Below, in pieces: positions 1-14,661 of a DNA stretch of 64,000 nt. A program made the translations under genes and the position numbers. How positions within the stretch are numbered: position 1 is the stretch's first letter; every line of letters starts with the position of its first letter. This DNA comes from Eledone cirrhosa (lineage: Eukaryota), in NCBI GenBank assembly GCA_964016885.1, contig OZ024749.1, positions 27,652,001-27,716,000 on the forward strand. The letters run 5' to 3'. The notes below the pieces were generated by a model that was not told the origin of the DNA, did not search any database, and saw nothing but the letters and a program-made list of their open reading frames with translations.

Positions 1-653
1 CTTGCACTATCTTTAATGCTTATAATATTTCTCCACACACAGACTACATCAATCATATAAAGACTTTGCCACCAGATCTACCAACCTAACACTCTTATTT
101 ACCTACCTAAGTGCCTCTACCACACATATCTCTCTGCCACACTATATAAACAAGACGCGCATGCGTGCCACACGTATAACATTTGCACTATATAACCACT
201 TATCTTCATGTTGTACTTTAACCTATATCTTTGATTTTTGATTGTACCTATTAATATAAATGTAATCTCGAAGTGTGTACTGCCACTCTAAATTCTGTAA
301 TGAATGTTGACCCACAATGTTTGAATATGTATCAATGTTTGAATATGTATTGGTATGTCTCTCGGCTGAAGAGGAGGTCATATAACTGTCCATGCATTAA
401 TAAATTGCTCCGAAGAATCCAAACCTCGGTTTGGAGGAAACAGCTGTAAGCACAATAATGTTTTGAACAGTTCTTTGATTCTTATATTTCATATAACTGC
501 TCTGTAAATCATCTGATGTTTTTACATTGAGCTACTTAACTTACTGGTAATAAGGTAGTAATACATTACTGCCTACCACTATTTAGGGTGTGTGTAAAAT
601 ACTTACAACTGCTTAAGGTTTTGTGTTTACATAACCATAAATAGTATAACTAA

Positions 654-732
<79 letters not shown>

Positions 733-735
<3 letters not shown>

Positions 736-3432
736 TCATCATCATCATCATCACCGTTTTACGTCCGTTCTTCCACGCTAGCATGGGTTAGACGGGTTGT
801 CCTGTTGTGGGCAGTGTCTGGTCGGCTGACCATGCCTTGCTCATACAGGAACTGATCTGGCTTGATTTCTACAGCTGGATGCCCTTCCTAACACCAACCT
901 CATTTACAGTGAGTGCTGGGTGCTTTTTCGTGGCGCCTACACGTCCACTTTACAGTGTGGGCTGGGTGCTTTTTTGCCGTGGCACCTCCACGACCACCTT
1001 GCGGTGGGGGGGGGGGGGGGCATATTGTTTATATGCTTCAGCATGTACCCATGGGAGGTCGGGTACCCTGTATTACTGCGTGACGCCAGAAGTCACGGTC
1101 GTGTGTCATTGACTTTGAGAGGTGTAGTTGGGTAAGGTCGGCTTTTATCACCTCATCCCAAGTCATCTTGGGTCTCCCCACTCCGCGGTTTCCATCAACT
1201 TCTAGTGCTCTGCACCTTTTTATGCAGCTGTCATCCTTCATACGCATCACATGTCCATACCAGCGTAACCGCCTCTCCTGCACGCAGCATTTGATTCCTC
1301 TTATGCTCAGTCTCTCTCTCAATTCATTTATGCTTTGTCGTTCACGTATATTACTGTTACACATCCATCGGAGCATGCAGGCTTCGTTTCTCTCTAATCT
1401 ACGTAAGTCTTCCACCTTCAGCGCCCAGGTCTCACTACCATGCAACATCGCTGTTCGGATACACGCATCATACAGTCTGCCTTTCATTCTGAGGGAGAAG
1501 CCTTTTGCAGCTAGCAGTGGTAGTAGTTCCCTAAACTTCTTCCATCCCGTTCTTACCCTAGTTATTGTACTTTCTGAGCACCCACCTCCGTTGCTAATTC
1601 GGTCACCTAGGTAGCAGAAGCTGTCTACTGTTTCTACAGGGCCCTCCCAGAGATTGGTGGTACTTGTTTCCTGTGGCTGTTTGCTTGCTGTTTCAGCACA
1701 GCTGCTGCATGTGAATCCTACATTCTTAATTAAGCTTCCTGAGATCCCGCTACATCTCTTGTGTACCCATTGTTTGCATTTGGGGCAAAGAATGGAGTTC
1801 CTACCTACACCTTTCCTACATACTGAGCAAGGCCATTTCCCTGAGGGGATCTGGGTTCTGTTTTCTCGTCTACTTATAAGGACCTTAGTCTTTGTCATGT
1901 TGACTTTGAGGCCCTTTCTCTCTAGTCCCTGCTTCCAGGTTTGGAATTTATTCTCTAGTTCTACCATAGATTCAGCTATGAGTGCGAGGTCATCAGCATA
2001 CAGGAGTTCCCATGGGCATCCGGTCTTAAACTCCTCCGTTATTGCCTGCAGGACTATGATGAACAGGAGAGGGCTAAGAACAGAGCCCTGGTGGACCCCA
2101 ACCTGTACGCTAAATTCCTCGCTATACTCATTGCCAATCCTAACTTTGCTGACTGCTCCCCTATACATGGCTTGTACCGCTTTCACAAGCCATTCATCTA
2201 CTCCTAGTTTTCTAAGAGCCCACCAGATTATTGCACGTGGAACTCTGTCAAAGGCTTTCTCAAGGTCGACAAATGCCAAGTAGAGTGGCTTACTTTTAGC
2301 TAGGTACTTTTCCTGTAATTGCCTCACAAGGAAGAGCGCATCAGTGGTGCCTTTCCCTGGTACAAACCCAAATTGCATCTCGTCTATATTCACCCGGTCC
2401 CTAATCAGCTGTGCTATAACTCTTTCTGTTACTTTCATGACCTGGTCCATCAACTTTATACCTCTATAGTTTCCTCTATCTAGTGCATCGCCTTTACCTT
2501 TGTAGCAGTTGACAATGATGCTACTGCACCAATCTTTTGGTATGGCCCCCTCTAGTATTACCTGGTTAACGATACGTGTGGTTATAGTGTGACCTACAGA
2601 CCCAGATGCCTTCAGCATCTCGGCAGCTATACCCGATGGACCGGTTGCCTTCCCTATCTTCATATCTCTGATTGCCTTACTTACTACGCTGCCGCTGACT
2701 TGTACTGCTGGTCCCTCTATAGGGTCTACGTGGGGTAGGGTCTCTTCTTCCCATGCATTCTCCTCATTTAGTAATCTATCATAATGACTCTTCCATGCAT
2801 CTTTCTTCTCAGCACTTGTGAGGGCAAGCTCACCTTTATCATTCTGGATACACTTCTCTCCAATGACATCACAACTATCTCTGACACACTGCCTCGCAAT
2901 CTTGAATACCTCCTGTTTCTGGTCCTCACGTTGTAAAACATGCTTGAATTTTCTATCCTCTGCTTCCCTCCTAGCTTCCCTCTTGGTCTCTATGTAATGT
3001 ACCCTGCTCCCCCCGTTCTTCCATTCTTTCCATGCCTGTCTCTTGGCCTTGACTGCTTCATCTACCTTATTGTTCCACCACCAAGTCACTCTCCTCCTGC
3101 TTGAGGTCTTACTCCAGCCACAAACCTCATCCGTCGCCTCTAGTAAGTTATTTTTTAGGAACTCCCAGTTCTCTTCTACGTTAAATGTCTCTATCTGTTC
3201 TTCTTTACTGTCGTAGGCGTTGAGTAAAATATCTTTAAATCTGTTACTGGTTGAGGGGACTTTCAGCTTCCAGATCTTTCTTCTCCAGGTTGGCCTCTGT
3301 TTCAGGGCTCGTCTAGTTCTGACCGTGAGGTCGCTGACAACTAAGCTATGTTGGGATGTACATTCCTCACTAGGGAAGGCTTTTGTGTTTACGACCGTCC
3401 ATCTGTCACGTCCTCTGATGAGGATAAAATCT
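733..3432 (-). mobile_element. RTE-clade LINE, 5'-truncated
   Basis: ORF starts in the C-terminus of the APE endonuclease (DFIL...QHSLVV), then RT. The 3' UTR ends in a (GAT)n tail at about 733-752. Both ends abut (TA)n tracts. Confidence 0.92.
1038..3432 (-). CDS. RTE LINE ORF (partial APE + reverse transcriptase + PHD-like finger)
   Basis: NYRGIKL, QFGF, AFVDLEKAFDRV, GVHQGSVLSPLLF, LLYADD, FCYLG, RLRWYGHVMR, RGVGRPKMTW; C4HC3 pattern CSVC..C..C..H..C..CSSC after the RT core; no stops over about 797 codons. Confidence 0.92.
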
Positions 3433-3454
3433 ATATATATATATATATATATAT

Positions 3455-3822
3455 AAGTACAGTCAGTAGGCACCTCTAACAAAAATACACCCCCGTCCCA
3501 CTACCCCCACCCCACCACACCACCCCTTTCAATGTAAAGTTATGTTGGTACCACAACATCCAGTCTGAAACAAATGAGGTCGTGTAGGTGTCACGACAAA
3601 AAAAAACACAGTCCATGCTGTAATGTGGCCGTGTAGGTAACACGGTAAAAACCTCCCAGTCCACACTGTAAACGTGGTTGGTGTTAGGAAGGGCACCCAG
3701 CCATAGAAAACCCGCCAGACAGTCCTATGCGAGCAAGACAACCACTCTTGCCTCAAGTGGGAAAACTCCCGTCCAAACCCATGCAAGCGTGGAAGATGGA
3801 CGTTAAACGATGATGATGATGA
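3455..3822 (+). mobile_element. non-autonomous RTE-tail element (related copies 28050-28445 -, 60604-60826 -, 63730-63964 +, 22392-22560 -)
   Basis: shares ggttggtgttaggaagggca..cagc..tagaaa...cccatgc..gcgtggaa..ggacgttaaacgatgatgatg with the 3' end of the RTE at 733-960. Confidence 0.75.
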
Positions 3823-4135
3823 TATATATATGTATATATCAGAGACCATCATCATCATCATTTTATATGTCTTTTCCCTGATAAAGCCCCAAATAATCTC
3901 AGGTACACTGCAATAAAACCTAGAGCACCTGAGTTACCCTGGTTGTAATAATTACAACCAAGGATCTGGACACAGAAAATCAAGACACAACATTGAACCA
4001 GCTCCCAACATTCCTTGACTGGCACACTGGGCCACCAACTACACACACAAACAGTCCCTAATGAATTTACATGCCCATATGTCTCCCCCATCCACACACA
4101 CACATCAATATCACAAGGTATCAATCAATACTTAC

Positions 4136-4249
4136 CTGTCCGTAAAAGGCCACTCGATAATATTTCCCGAGGAGACGTTTCCCAGAATGCATCACTTCAA
4201 CAATTTTATTGTAAGCTTCATATAATTTGCGATAACTTTCAGACAATCT
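4136..4249 (-). CDS. DOCK9: DOCK-D exon (DHR-2), last in window
   Basis: aacag|AGA...GGACAG|gtaag; 114 nt; [38 protein letters not shown] (SG.RLLG.Y.RVAF.GQ motif). Confidence 0.95.
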
Positions 4250-4761
4250 CTGTTGTAAGAGGAGAAATGGTAGAATGAGAGAGCGAGGGGGAAGATAGTG
4301 GTGGTGGTGGTAGTAGTAGTGATGGTGGCGGTGGTGATGGTGGTGGTGGTAGTAGTAGTAGTGATGGTGGCAGTGGTGATGATGATAATGGTGGTGGTGA
4401 TGATGGTGATTGTGATGATGATGATGATGATGGTGGTGATAATTGTAATGACGACAGTAATAATGCTGGTGATGATGGTGATGGTGATGGTGGTGGTGCT
4501 GATGATAATAATTGCTTCTACATTTGGCTCAAGGCCATCAATTATCCCAGTGTATTACTGGTACTTTATTTTATCGACCTGTAAGGATGAAAGGCAAAGT
4601 TAACCTCGATGGGATTTGAACTGAGATCATAAAGGGCCGTAACTCTTTGCTGTAAGGTATGGCGTCCGACCCTCTACCGATACTGCCAATCCACCGCCCT
4701 AATGATGATGATAATAATGATGATGATAATGACAATGATGACAATGATGATACCAACTTAC

Positions 4762-4884
4762 CTCAAAATCTCTCGCAACTTCATACATTGGAATAATCAG
4801 TTTATAAATGTCACCTAACACTTCATAACGTTCGGCTTGTTCTATTATTCTGGCAGCCTGCTCCAGGTTTTCAATTAATGTACT
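4762..4884 (-). CDS. DOCK9: DOCK-D exon (DHR-2)
   Basis: tgtag|AGT...TTTGAG|gtaag; 123 nt; STLIENLEQAARIIEQAERYEVLGDIYKLIIPMYEVARDFE. Confidence 0.94.
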
Positions 4885-5512
4885 CTACAAGAACATGGGA
4901 GACAAACAGACAGACACTCGGATAAAATGGTGTAAAGTACAGATTCTCAAAGTGGAGAAGGGGTGTCATAACTTTTAGTAGGGTTGTGAGTGAAATTGGG
5001 AATTTTTTCATGTCCCCTGTGTGTGTGTGCACATGTTTTTGTGTCCACTCATATGTGTACGTGTCCAGGTCCTACTGTGTGCGTTTGTGATCCCTGCATA
5101 TGTGTGTGTCCATGTCCTACTGTGTGCGTTTGTGATCCCTGCATATGTGTGTGTCCATGTCCCCCTGGTTATGTTTTTGTCTCCCTTTGTATGTGTTTCT
5201 GTGACCCCCAATATATGTGTGTGTGTGTCTGTGTCCACATGTGTGTCCCTGTGTGTATTCGTGTCCCCGTGTGTGTGTGTGTGTGTGTCCTGCTTGTCAC
5301 TGTGTGTGTGTGTTTGTGTCCGCCCGTATGTGTGTGTGTGTGTGTCCACGTGTGTGTTCATGTCCTCTGTATGTATGCGTGTGTGTCTCCTGCTTGTCTC
5401 TGTGCATGTATTCATGTCCCCTTTGTGTGTGTGTGTTCGTGTCCCCAAGTATGTGTGTGTGACCATGTCCCCCTTTGTGTGTTTGATGTCATGTCTCCCT
5501 GAGTCTACTTAC

Positions 5513-5622
5513 ATCAGTATAATGTACATCCTGCATTCCAGAATCATCCTTGATTGAGGACTCTTCTACCTGGATGTTGGGTGAGATCATGTGAAATGCA
5601 GCACAGCCTTGTGGGTAGGTTC
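5513..5622 (-). CDS. DOCK9: DOCK-D exon (DHR-2)
   Basis: ctcag|GA...ACTGAT|gtaag; 110 nt, phase 1/0; (G)TYPQGCAAFHMISPNIQVEESSIKDDSGMQDVHYTD. Confidence 0.93.
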
Positions 5623-7392
5623 CTGAGGGTGACACACAGAATTACAATCTTAGTACAACAGGAGATGACAGAACATTAGGGATTAGTTTCATATCAAACA
5701 ACATCTGGACTTCATGGACCGCATAAAATAGACAACAGTGTCAGTACATTATATATATATATCTTTTATTCCTCATTCTATCTTCCTTTGAAGGACTAGT
5801 GTCCAAAACGTTAAAACTCTTTTCCTAATATAATAAGAGCGTTAAACTAATATATTTCTTCTTTGCAATGTGTCATTTATATATATTGATGATGATGACA
5901 TGTTTATACACATACATATATACATTTTTATACACATATATATCTACATACGCACACAATATATATGTATATATATATATGTGTGTGTATATAAGTGTAT
6001 GTAGATATACAATGATGCATGAATAGCCCTGATGAAAAAAATTAAGACTTTATTTCTTTTGATATTAAGGGACGATAAAGATAGTGAAAAATCTTCTGGG
6101 GTCCTGCACAACAGTTGGTCAGTGATTTACCCTGGTCAAGAAATGTTGACAGTTCCAAGTATTGCTGATGGATGAGCTGATGTTGGTTAGTTAATGACAA
6201 GGATTAAATGTTGGTCAACTGCTGATGATGACTTGTTATTGGTCAACAGGTGATGATGACCACATAATGGTCAGCTGATGTTGGTCAACTGCTGATGATG
6301 ACCTCATAGTAGGCAAATGATGATGATCACATAGTGGTCAACTGCTGATGGTCAAGAAATGTTGATCAACTATTGGTGATGATGATGACTATAGTGGTCA
6401 ACTGTTAATAAGGACTTGATATTGGTCCTTGGGTGATAGTGGTCAATGGATGCTGGTCAAGAATTGTTGATGATCTAATATTGGTCAATTGATGATGGCT
6501 TGATATTGATCTCTGGGTGATATTGGTCAACTGATGCTGGACAAAAGATGTGTTGGTCACTCATCACCATAGTAACATCTACAGACATAACTAAACAAGA
6601 CAGAAGTTGCCATGCACCATATCTTGCCCAATGTGTCTCAACGAGACTATAAAGTATTAATGAAGTTAGTTCATCTATTTTCCAAGTAAACAAAATATAC
6701 ATTATATATACTATATATTATATATAGCATATATTATATATACTATATATTATATATATGGTATATACTATATATTATATATAGTATATTATTATATATA
6801 TATAAATAAACACACACATTGATGTGCTCCACAGTGCAGCAGGTGTGATCCCCACCCTTCAACATACAGAAAAGTACCATATTTGTCCATTCCATGCCAC
6901 TGGCTCAGTTAGTTCATTACTAATGACTACACTTTCTACAACTAACTACAGTAGAAAGTAGGAGTTAGTAGACTGGTCAGTTTAATGTCTAAAGACAGAC
7001 TAAAATAGCCACTACTGCAGTAATTAGTGACATTCAATCAAACACAAACAGATTTAATTAGAAAATATTTCACTTTCATTAAGTCCCAGGCAATATTTCT
7101 AAACAACTACACCATTTTGACTGTTTAAAAAAAAAAAGTTATTTAATAATAACTTGGTGGACATAATCACATTTCTAGTGTCCACTATAACTGGACATTA
7201 AGATGTCTACTCTATCATGTGACCCACACTCCTCGTGTCCACTACAGTTGTATATAACTCACACATGTGTCTACTACAGCTGGACATAACTGATGTGTCC
7301 ACTGGCCCATGACATGATCCACATTTCAAGCCTCCACTACAGCTGGACATTATTAACACAAATGTCCACTATCATGATGTCACCCACACTCC

Positions 7393-10300
7393 TGGTGTCC
7401 ACTATAGTTGGACATAATACACGTGTGTCCACTATAGTTGGACATAATACACGTGTCCACTATAGTTGGACATAATACACATGTGTGTCCACTATAGTTG
7501 GACATAATACACATGTATGTCCACTATAGTTGGGTATAATACACATATGTGTCCACTATAGTTGGACATAATACACATGTGTGTCCACTATAGTTGGGCA
7601 TAATACACATATGTGTCCACTATAGTTGGACATAATACACATGTGTGTCCACTATAGTTGGACATAATACACATGTGTGTCCACTATAGTTGGACATAAT
7701 ACACATGTGTGTCCACTATAGTTGGACATAATACACATGTGTCCACTATAGTTGGACATAATACACATATGTGTCCACTATAGTTGGACATAATACACAT
7801 GTCCACTATAGTTAGACATAATACACATATGTGTCCACTATAGTTGGGCATAATACACATATGTGTCCACTATAGTTGGACATAATACACATGTGTGTCC
7901 ACTATAGTTGGACATAATACACGTGTGTCCACTATAGTTGGACATAATACACATATGTGTCCACTATAGTTGGACATAATATACATGTGTGTCCACTATA
8001 GTTGGACATAATACACGTGTGTGTCCACTATAGTTGGACATAATACACATGTGTGTCCACTATAGTTGGACATAATACACATGTGTCCACTATAGTTGGA
8101 CACAATACACATGTGTGTCCACTATAGTTGGACATAATACACATGTGTGTCCACTATAGTTGGACATAATACACATATGTGTCCACTATAGTTGGACATA
8201 ATACACGTGTGTCCACTATAGTTGGACATAATACACATGTGTGTCCACTATAGTTGGACATAATACACATATGTCCACTATAGTTGGACATAATACACGT
8301 GTGTCCACTATAGTTGGACATAATACACGTGTCCACTATAGTTGGGCATAATACACATATGTCCACTATAGTTGGACATAATACACATGTGTGTCCACTA
8401 TAGTTGGACATAATACACATATGTGTCCACTATAGTTGGACATAATACACGTGTGTCCACTATAGTTGGACATAATACACATGTGTCCACTATAGTTGGA
8501 CATAATACACATGTGTGTCCACTATAGTTGGACATAATACACATGTGTGTCCACTATAGTTGGACATAATACACATATGTGTCCACTATAGTTGGACATA
8601 ATACACATATGTCCACTATAGTTGGACATAATACACATGTGTGTCCACTATAGTTGGACATAATACACGTGTGTCCACTATAGTTGGACACAATACACAT
8701 GTGTGTCCACTATAGTTGGACATAATACACATATGTGTCCACTATAGTTGGACATAATACACGTGTGTCCACTATAGTTGGACATAATACACATGTGTGT
8801 CCACTATAGTTGGACATAATACACATGTGTGTCCACTATAGTTGGACATAATACACATATGTGTCCACTATAGTTGGACATAATACACATATGTCCACTA
8901 TAGTTGGACATAATACACATGTGTGTCCACTATAGTTGGACATAATACACATGTGTGTCCACTATAGTTGGACATAATACACGTGTCCACTATAGTTGGG
9001 CATAATACACATATGTGTCCACTATAGTTGGACATAATACACATGTGTGTCCACTATAGTTGGACACAATACACATGTGTGTCCACTATAGTTGGACATA
9101 ATACACATGTGTGTCCACTATAGTTGGACATAATACACATGTGTGTCCACTATAGTTGGACATAATACACATGTGTGTCCACTATAGTTGGACACAATAC
9201 ACATGTGTCCACTATAGTTGGACATAATACACGTGTGTCCACTATAGTTGGACATAATACACATATGTGTCCACTATAGTTGGACATAATATACATGTGT
9301 GTCCACTATAGTTGGACATAATACACATGTGTGTCCACTATAGTTGGACATAATACACATATGTGTCCACTATAGTTGGACATAATACACGTGTCCACTA
9401 TAGTTGGGCATAATACACATATGTGTCCACTATAGTTGGACATAATACACATGTGTGTCCACTATAGTTGGACATAATACACGTGTGTCCACTATAGTTG
9501 GACATAATACACATGTGTCCACTATAGTTGGACATAATACACATGTGTCCACTATAGTTGGACATAATACACATGTGTGTCCACTATAGTTGGACATAAT
9601 ACACGTGTCCACTATAGTTGGACATAATACACATGTGTGTCCACTATAGTTGGGCATAATACACGTGTGTCCACTATAGTTGGACATAATACACATATGT
9701 GTCCACTATAGTTGGACATAATACACATATGCCCACTATAGTTGGACATAATACACATATGCCCACTATAGTTGGACATAATACACATATGTGTCCACTA
9801 TAGTTGGACATAATACACATATGCCCACTATAGTTGGACATAATACACATATGTGTCCACTATAGTTGGGCATAATACACATATGTGTCCACTATAGTTG
9901 GGCATAATACACATATGTGTCCACTATAGTTGGGCATAATACACATGTGTCCACTATAGTTGGGCATAATACACATGTGTGTCCACTATAGTTGGACATA
10001 ATACACATATGTGTCCACTATAGTTGGACATAATACACGTGTCCACTATAGTTGGGCATAATACACATATGTCCACTATAGTTGGACATAATACACATAT
10101 GTCCACTATAGTTGGACATAATACACATATGTCCACTATAGTTGGGCATAATACACATATGTGTCCACTATAGTTGGGCATAATACACATATGTCCACTA
10201 TAGTTGGACATAATACACATATGTCCACTATAGTTGGACATAATACACATATGTCCACTATAGTTGGGCATAATACACATATGTGTCCACTATAGTTGGG

Positions 10301-13300
10301 CATAATACACATATGTGTCCACTATAGTTGGGCATAATACACATATGTGTCCACTATAGTTGGGCATAATACACATATGTGTCCACTATAGTTGGGCATA
10401 ATACACATATGTCCACTATAGTTGGACATAATACACATATGTGTCCACTATAGTTGGGCATAATACACATATGTGTCCACTATAGTTGGGCATAATACAC
10501 ATATGTGTCCACTATAGTTGGGCATAATACACATATGTGTCCACTATAGTTTGGCATAATACACATATGTGTCCACTATAGTTGGACATAATACACATAT
10601 GTCCACTATAGTTGGGCATAATACACATATGTCCACTATAGTTGGACATAATACACATGTGTGTCCACTATAGTTGGGCATAATACACATATGTCCACTA
10701 TAGTTGGACATAATACACATGTGTGTCCACTATAGTTGGACATAATACACGTGTGTCCACTATAGTTGGACATAATACACGTGTGTCCACTATAGTTGGA
10801 CATAATACACATGTCCACTATAGTTGGACATAATACACGTGTGTCCACTATAGTTGGACATAATACACATATGTCCACTATAGTTGGACATAATACACAT
10901 GTGTCCACTATAGTTGGACATAATACACATGTGTCCACTATAGTTGGACATAATACACATATGTGTCCACTATAGTTGGACATAATACACATGTGTCCAC
11001 TATAGTTGGACATAATACACATATGTGTCAACTATAGTTGGGCATAATACACATATGTCCACTATAGTTGGACATAATACACATATGTCCACTATAGTTG
11101 GACATAATACACATGTGTGTCCACTATAGTTGGACATAATACACGTGTCCACTATAGTTGGGCATAATACACATATGTCCACTATAGTTGGACATAATAC
11201 ACATGTGTGTCCACTATAGTTGGACATAATACACATATGTCCACTATAGTTGGGCATAATACACATATGTCCACTATAGTTGGACATAATACACATATGT
11301 GTCAACTATAGTTGGGCATAATACACATATGTCCACTATAGTTGGACATAATACACATATGTGTCCACTATAGTTGGGCATAATACACATATGTCCACTA
11401 TAGTTGGACATAATACACATGTGTGTCCACTATAGTTGGACATAATACACGTGTGTCCACTATAGTTGGACATAATACACATATGTGTCAACTATAGTTG
11501 GGCATAATACACATATGTCCACTATAGTTGGACATAATACACATATGTCCACTATAGTTGGACATAATACACATGTCCACTATAGTTGGGCATAATACAC
11601 ATATGTGTCCACTATAGTTGGGCATAATACACATATGTCCACTATAGTTGGACATAATACACATGTGTGTCCACTATAGTTGGACATAATACACATATGT
11701 GTCCACTATAGTTGGGCATAATACACATATGTCCACTATAGTTGGACATAATACACATATGTCCACTATAGTTGGACATAATACACATGTGTGTCCACTA
11801 TAGTTGGACATAATACACGTGTGTCCACTATAGTTGGACATAATACACATGTCCACTATAGTTGGGCATAATACACATATGTCCACTATAGTTGGGCATA
11901 ATACACATATGTCCACTATAGTTGGACATAATACACATATGTCCACTATAGTTGGACATAATACACATGTGTGTCCACTATAGTTGGGCATAATACACAT
12001 ATGTCCACTATAGTTGGACATAATACACGTGTGTCCACTGTAGTTGGACATAATACACATGTGTGTCCACTATAGTTGGACATAATACACATGTGTCCAC
12101 TATAGTTGGACATAATACACATATGTCCACTATAGTTGGACATAATACACGTGTGTCCACTATAGTTGGACATAATACACATGTCCACTATAGTTGGACA
12201 TAATACACGTGTGTCCACTATAGTTGGAGATAATACACATGTGTCCACTATAGTTGGACATAATACACATATGTCCACTATAGTTAGACATAATACACGT
12301 GTGTCCACTATAGTTGGACATAATACACGTGTGTCCACTATAGTTGGACATAATACACGTGTGTCCACTATAGTTGGACATAATACACATGTGTCCACTA
12401 TAGTTGGGCATAATACACATATGTCCACTATAGTTGGACATAATACACGTGTGTCCACTATAGTTGGACATAATACACATGTGTGTCCACTATAGTTGGA
12501 CATAATACACATGTGTCCACTATAGTTGGACATAATACACATGTGTCCACTATAGTTGGGCATAATACACATGTCCACTATAGTTGGACATAATACACGT
12601 GTGTCCACTATAGTTGGACATAATACACGTGTGTCCACTATAGTTGGACATAATACACGTGTGTCCACTATAGTTGGACATAATACACATGTGTGTCCAC
12701 TATAGTTGGGCATAATACACATATGTGTCCACTATAGTTGGACATAATACACATGTGTGTCCACTATAGTTGGACATAATACACATGTGTGTCCACTATA
12801 GTTGGGCATAATACACATGTCCACTATAGTTAGACATAATACACGTGTGTCCACTATAGTTGGACATAATACACGTGTGTCCACTATAGTTGGACATAAT
12901 ACACATGTGTGTCCACTATAGTTGGGCATAATACACATATGTGTCCACTATAGTTGGACATAATACACATATGTCCACTATAGTTGGGCATAATACACAT
13001 GTGTGTCCACTATAGTTGGACATAATACACGTATGTGTCCACTATAGTTGGACATAATACACGTGTGTCCACTATAGTTGGACATAATACACATGTGTGT
13101 CCACTATAGTTGGACATAATACACGTGTCCACTATAGTTGGGCATAATACACATGTGTGTCCACTATAGTTGGACATAATACACATGTGTGTCCACTATA
13201 GTTGGGCATAATACACATATGTGTCCACTATAGTTGGACATAATACACGTATGTGTCCACTATAGTTGGACATAATACACGTGTGTCCACTATAGTTGGA

Positions 13301-13525
13301 CATAATACACATATGTCCACTATAGTTGGACATAATACACATATGTGTCCACTATAGTTGGACATAATACACATGTGTGTCCACTATAGTTGGACATAAT
13401 ACACATATGTCCACTATAGTTGGACATAATACACATGTGTGTCCACTATAGTTGGACATAATACACATGTGTGTCCACTATAGTTGGACATAATACACGT
13501 GTGTCCACTATAGTTGGACATAATT
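7393..13525. repeat. about 6.1-kb minisatellite, unit 28/30/32 bp (roughly 200 copies)
   Basis: (gt)gtccactatagttgRacataatacac(at/gt)n repeated head to tail. Confidence 0.97.
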
Positions 13526-14586
13526 CACTGTTTCAGGACATGACCCACACTCCAAGTGTACACTACAACTGGACAGACTCATATGGCCACACTCCCATGG
13601 CATGACTCACACTCCAACTCTCAAGTGAGGCTAGTGTATTAAGAATCTCACCAACCAACAACACCGGTTCAGTGTCATTACAGCTGAGATAAATACATTT
13701 ACAGATCAAAAACAGAGACAAAATGTGCAAAGGAAATTCACCAATTAAAAGCAGAAGAAATGCACAGATTAAAAACAGAGACCAAATGTGCAGAGGAAAT
13801 GCACAAATTAAAAGCACAGATTAAAGACAGAGACCAAATGTGCAGAAGAAACACACAAACCAGAGATGGAGACCAAAGACAGAGACGAAATGTGCAGAGA
13901 AGATGCTCTGACTAAATGCAGAGAAGGAACTGCACAGATTAAATGTGCAGAGAAGATGCTTTGATTAAATGCAGAGAAGGAACTGCACAGACTAAACACA
14001 AATAAGAAAAGAATTTAAAGCTAAAACAACAGGAAGTAGTAGAGTAAATAGTTGGTATAAAGTATTGCATAACTGAGGATGGTTTTTAGAAGAGAGAGGA
14101 GGGTTGTGGGCCATGGAGGGAGCAGAGGGGGGAATTTATTTTTGTTTTAAAACTAAAGCTACCATACACACACACATATATACACAGATAAATACATATT
14201 TATATATACATAAATACATACATACGGTGGAACCATTATAGCATTAAGGCTAATATATATGTGTGAGGATGAAATGGTGGTAGAGTTTTTTTTTTTCACA
14301 GAGAAAATAATTTGTTTTTTGACTGAAAAGAAAATGGTATTGATTCAGCACCATTGCAGACATTTTAAATAAAAACAGCAACAAAGACCAATTCTGAACG
14401 AAGAGCAAAGCCAAAGAAAGATCCAAGAAAGATCTGAGATCCAAGATGTTTTAAGAGTAAAAAAAACCCACATTCATTCATCGGAGAATTATTGAAAATT
14501 TGGGAGAGAGAGAGAGAGAGAGAGATTCATGTTTATTAAGCAATAAGCTTAAAAATTAGATTTTAAATAGAATTGCATTTAATGTG

Positions 14587-14661
<75 letters not shown>

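Noticed and set aside
1168-2283. Plus-strand ORFs of 148 and 209 aa
   Set aside because: Antisense shadows of the RTE reverse transcriptase ORF.
3938-3965. 28-nt AG..GT unit downstream of the last DOCK exon
   Set aside because: Not frame-preserving for a phase-0 intron and no similarity to the expected next DHR-2 exon.
4990-5502. Cys/Val-rich, metallothionein-looking ORFs
   Set aside because: Degenerate (TG)n repeat inside a DOCK intron.
7393-13525. CRISPR-like array of about 30-bp palindromic repeats, and the CVLCPTIVD / MSNYSGH ORFs over it
   Set aside because: There are no unique spacers or cas genes, and it lies in a eukaryotic intron. Mixed 28/30/32-bp units break the frames, so the ORFs are artefacts.
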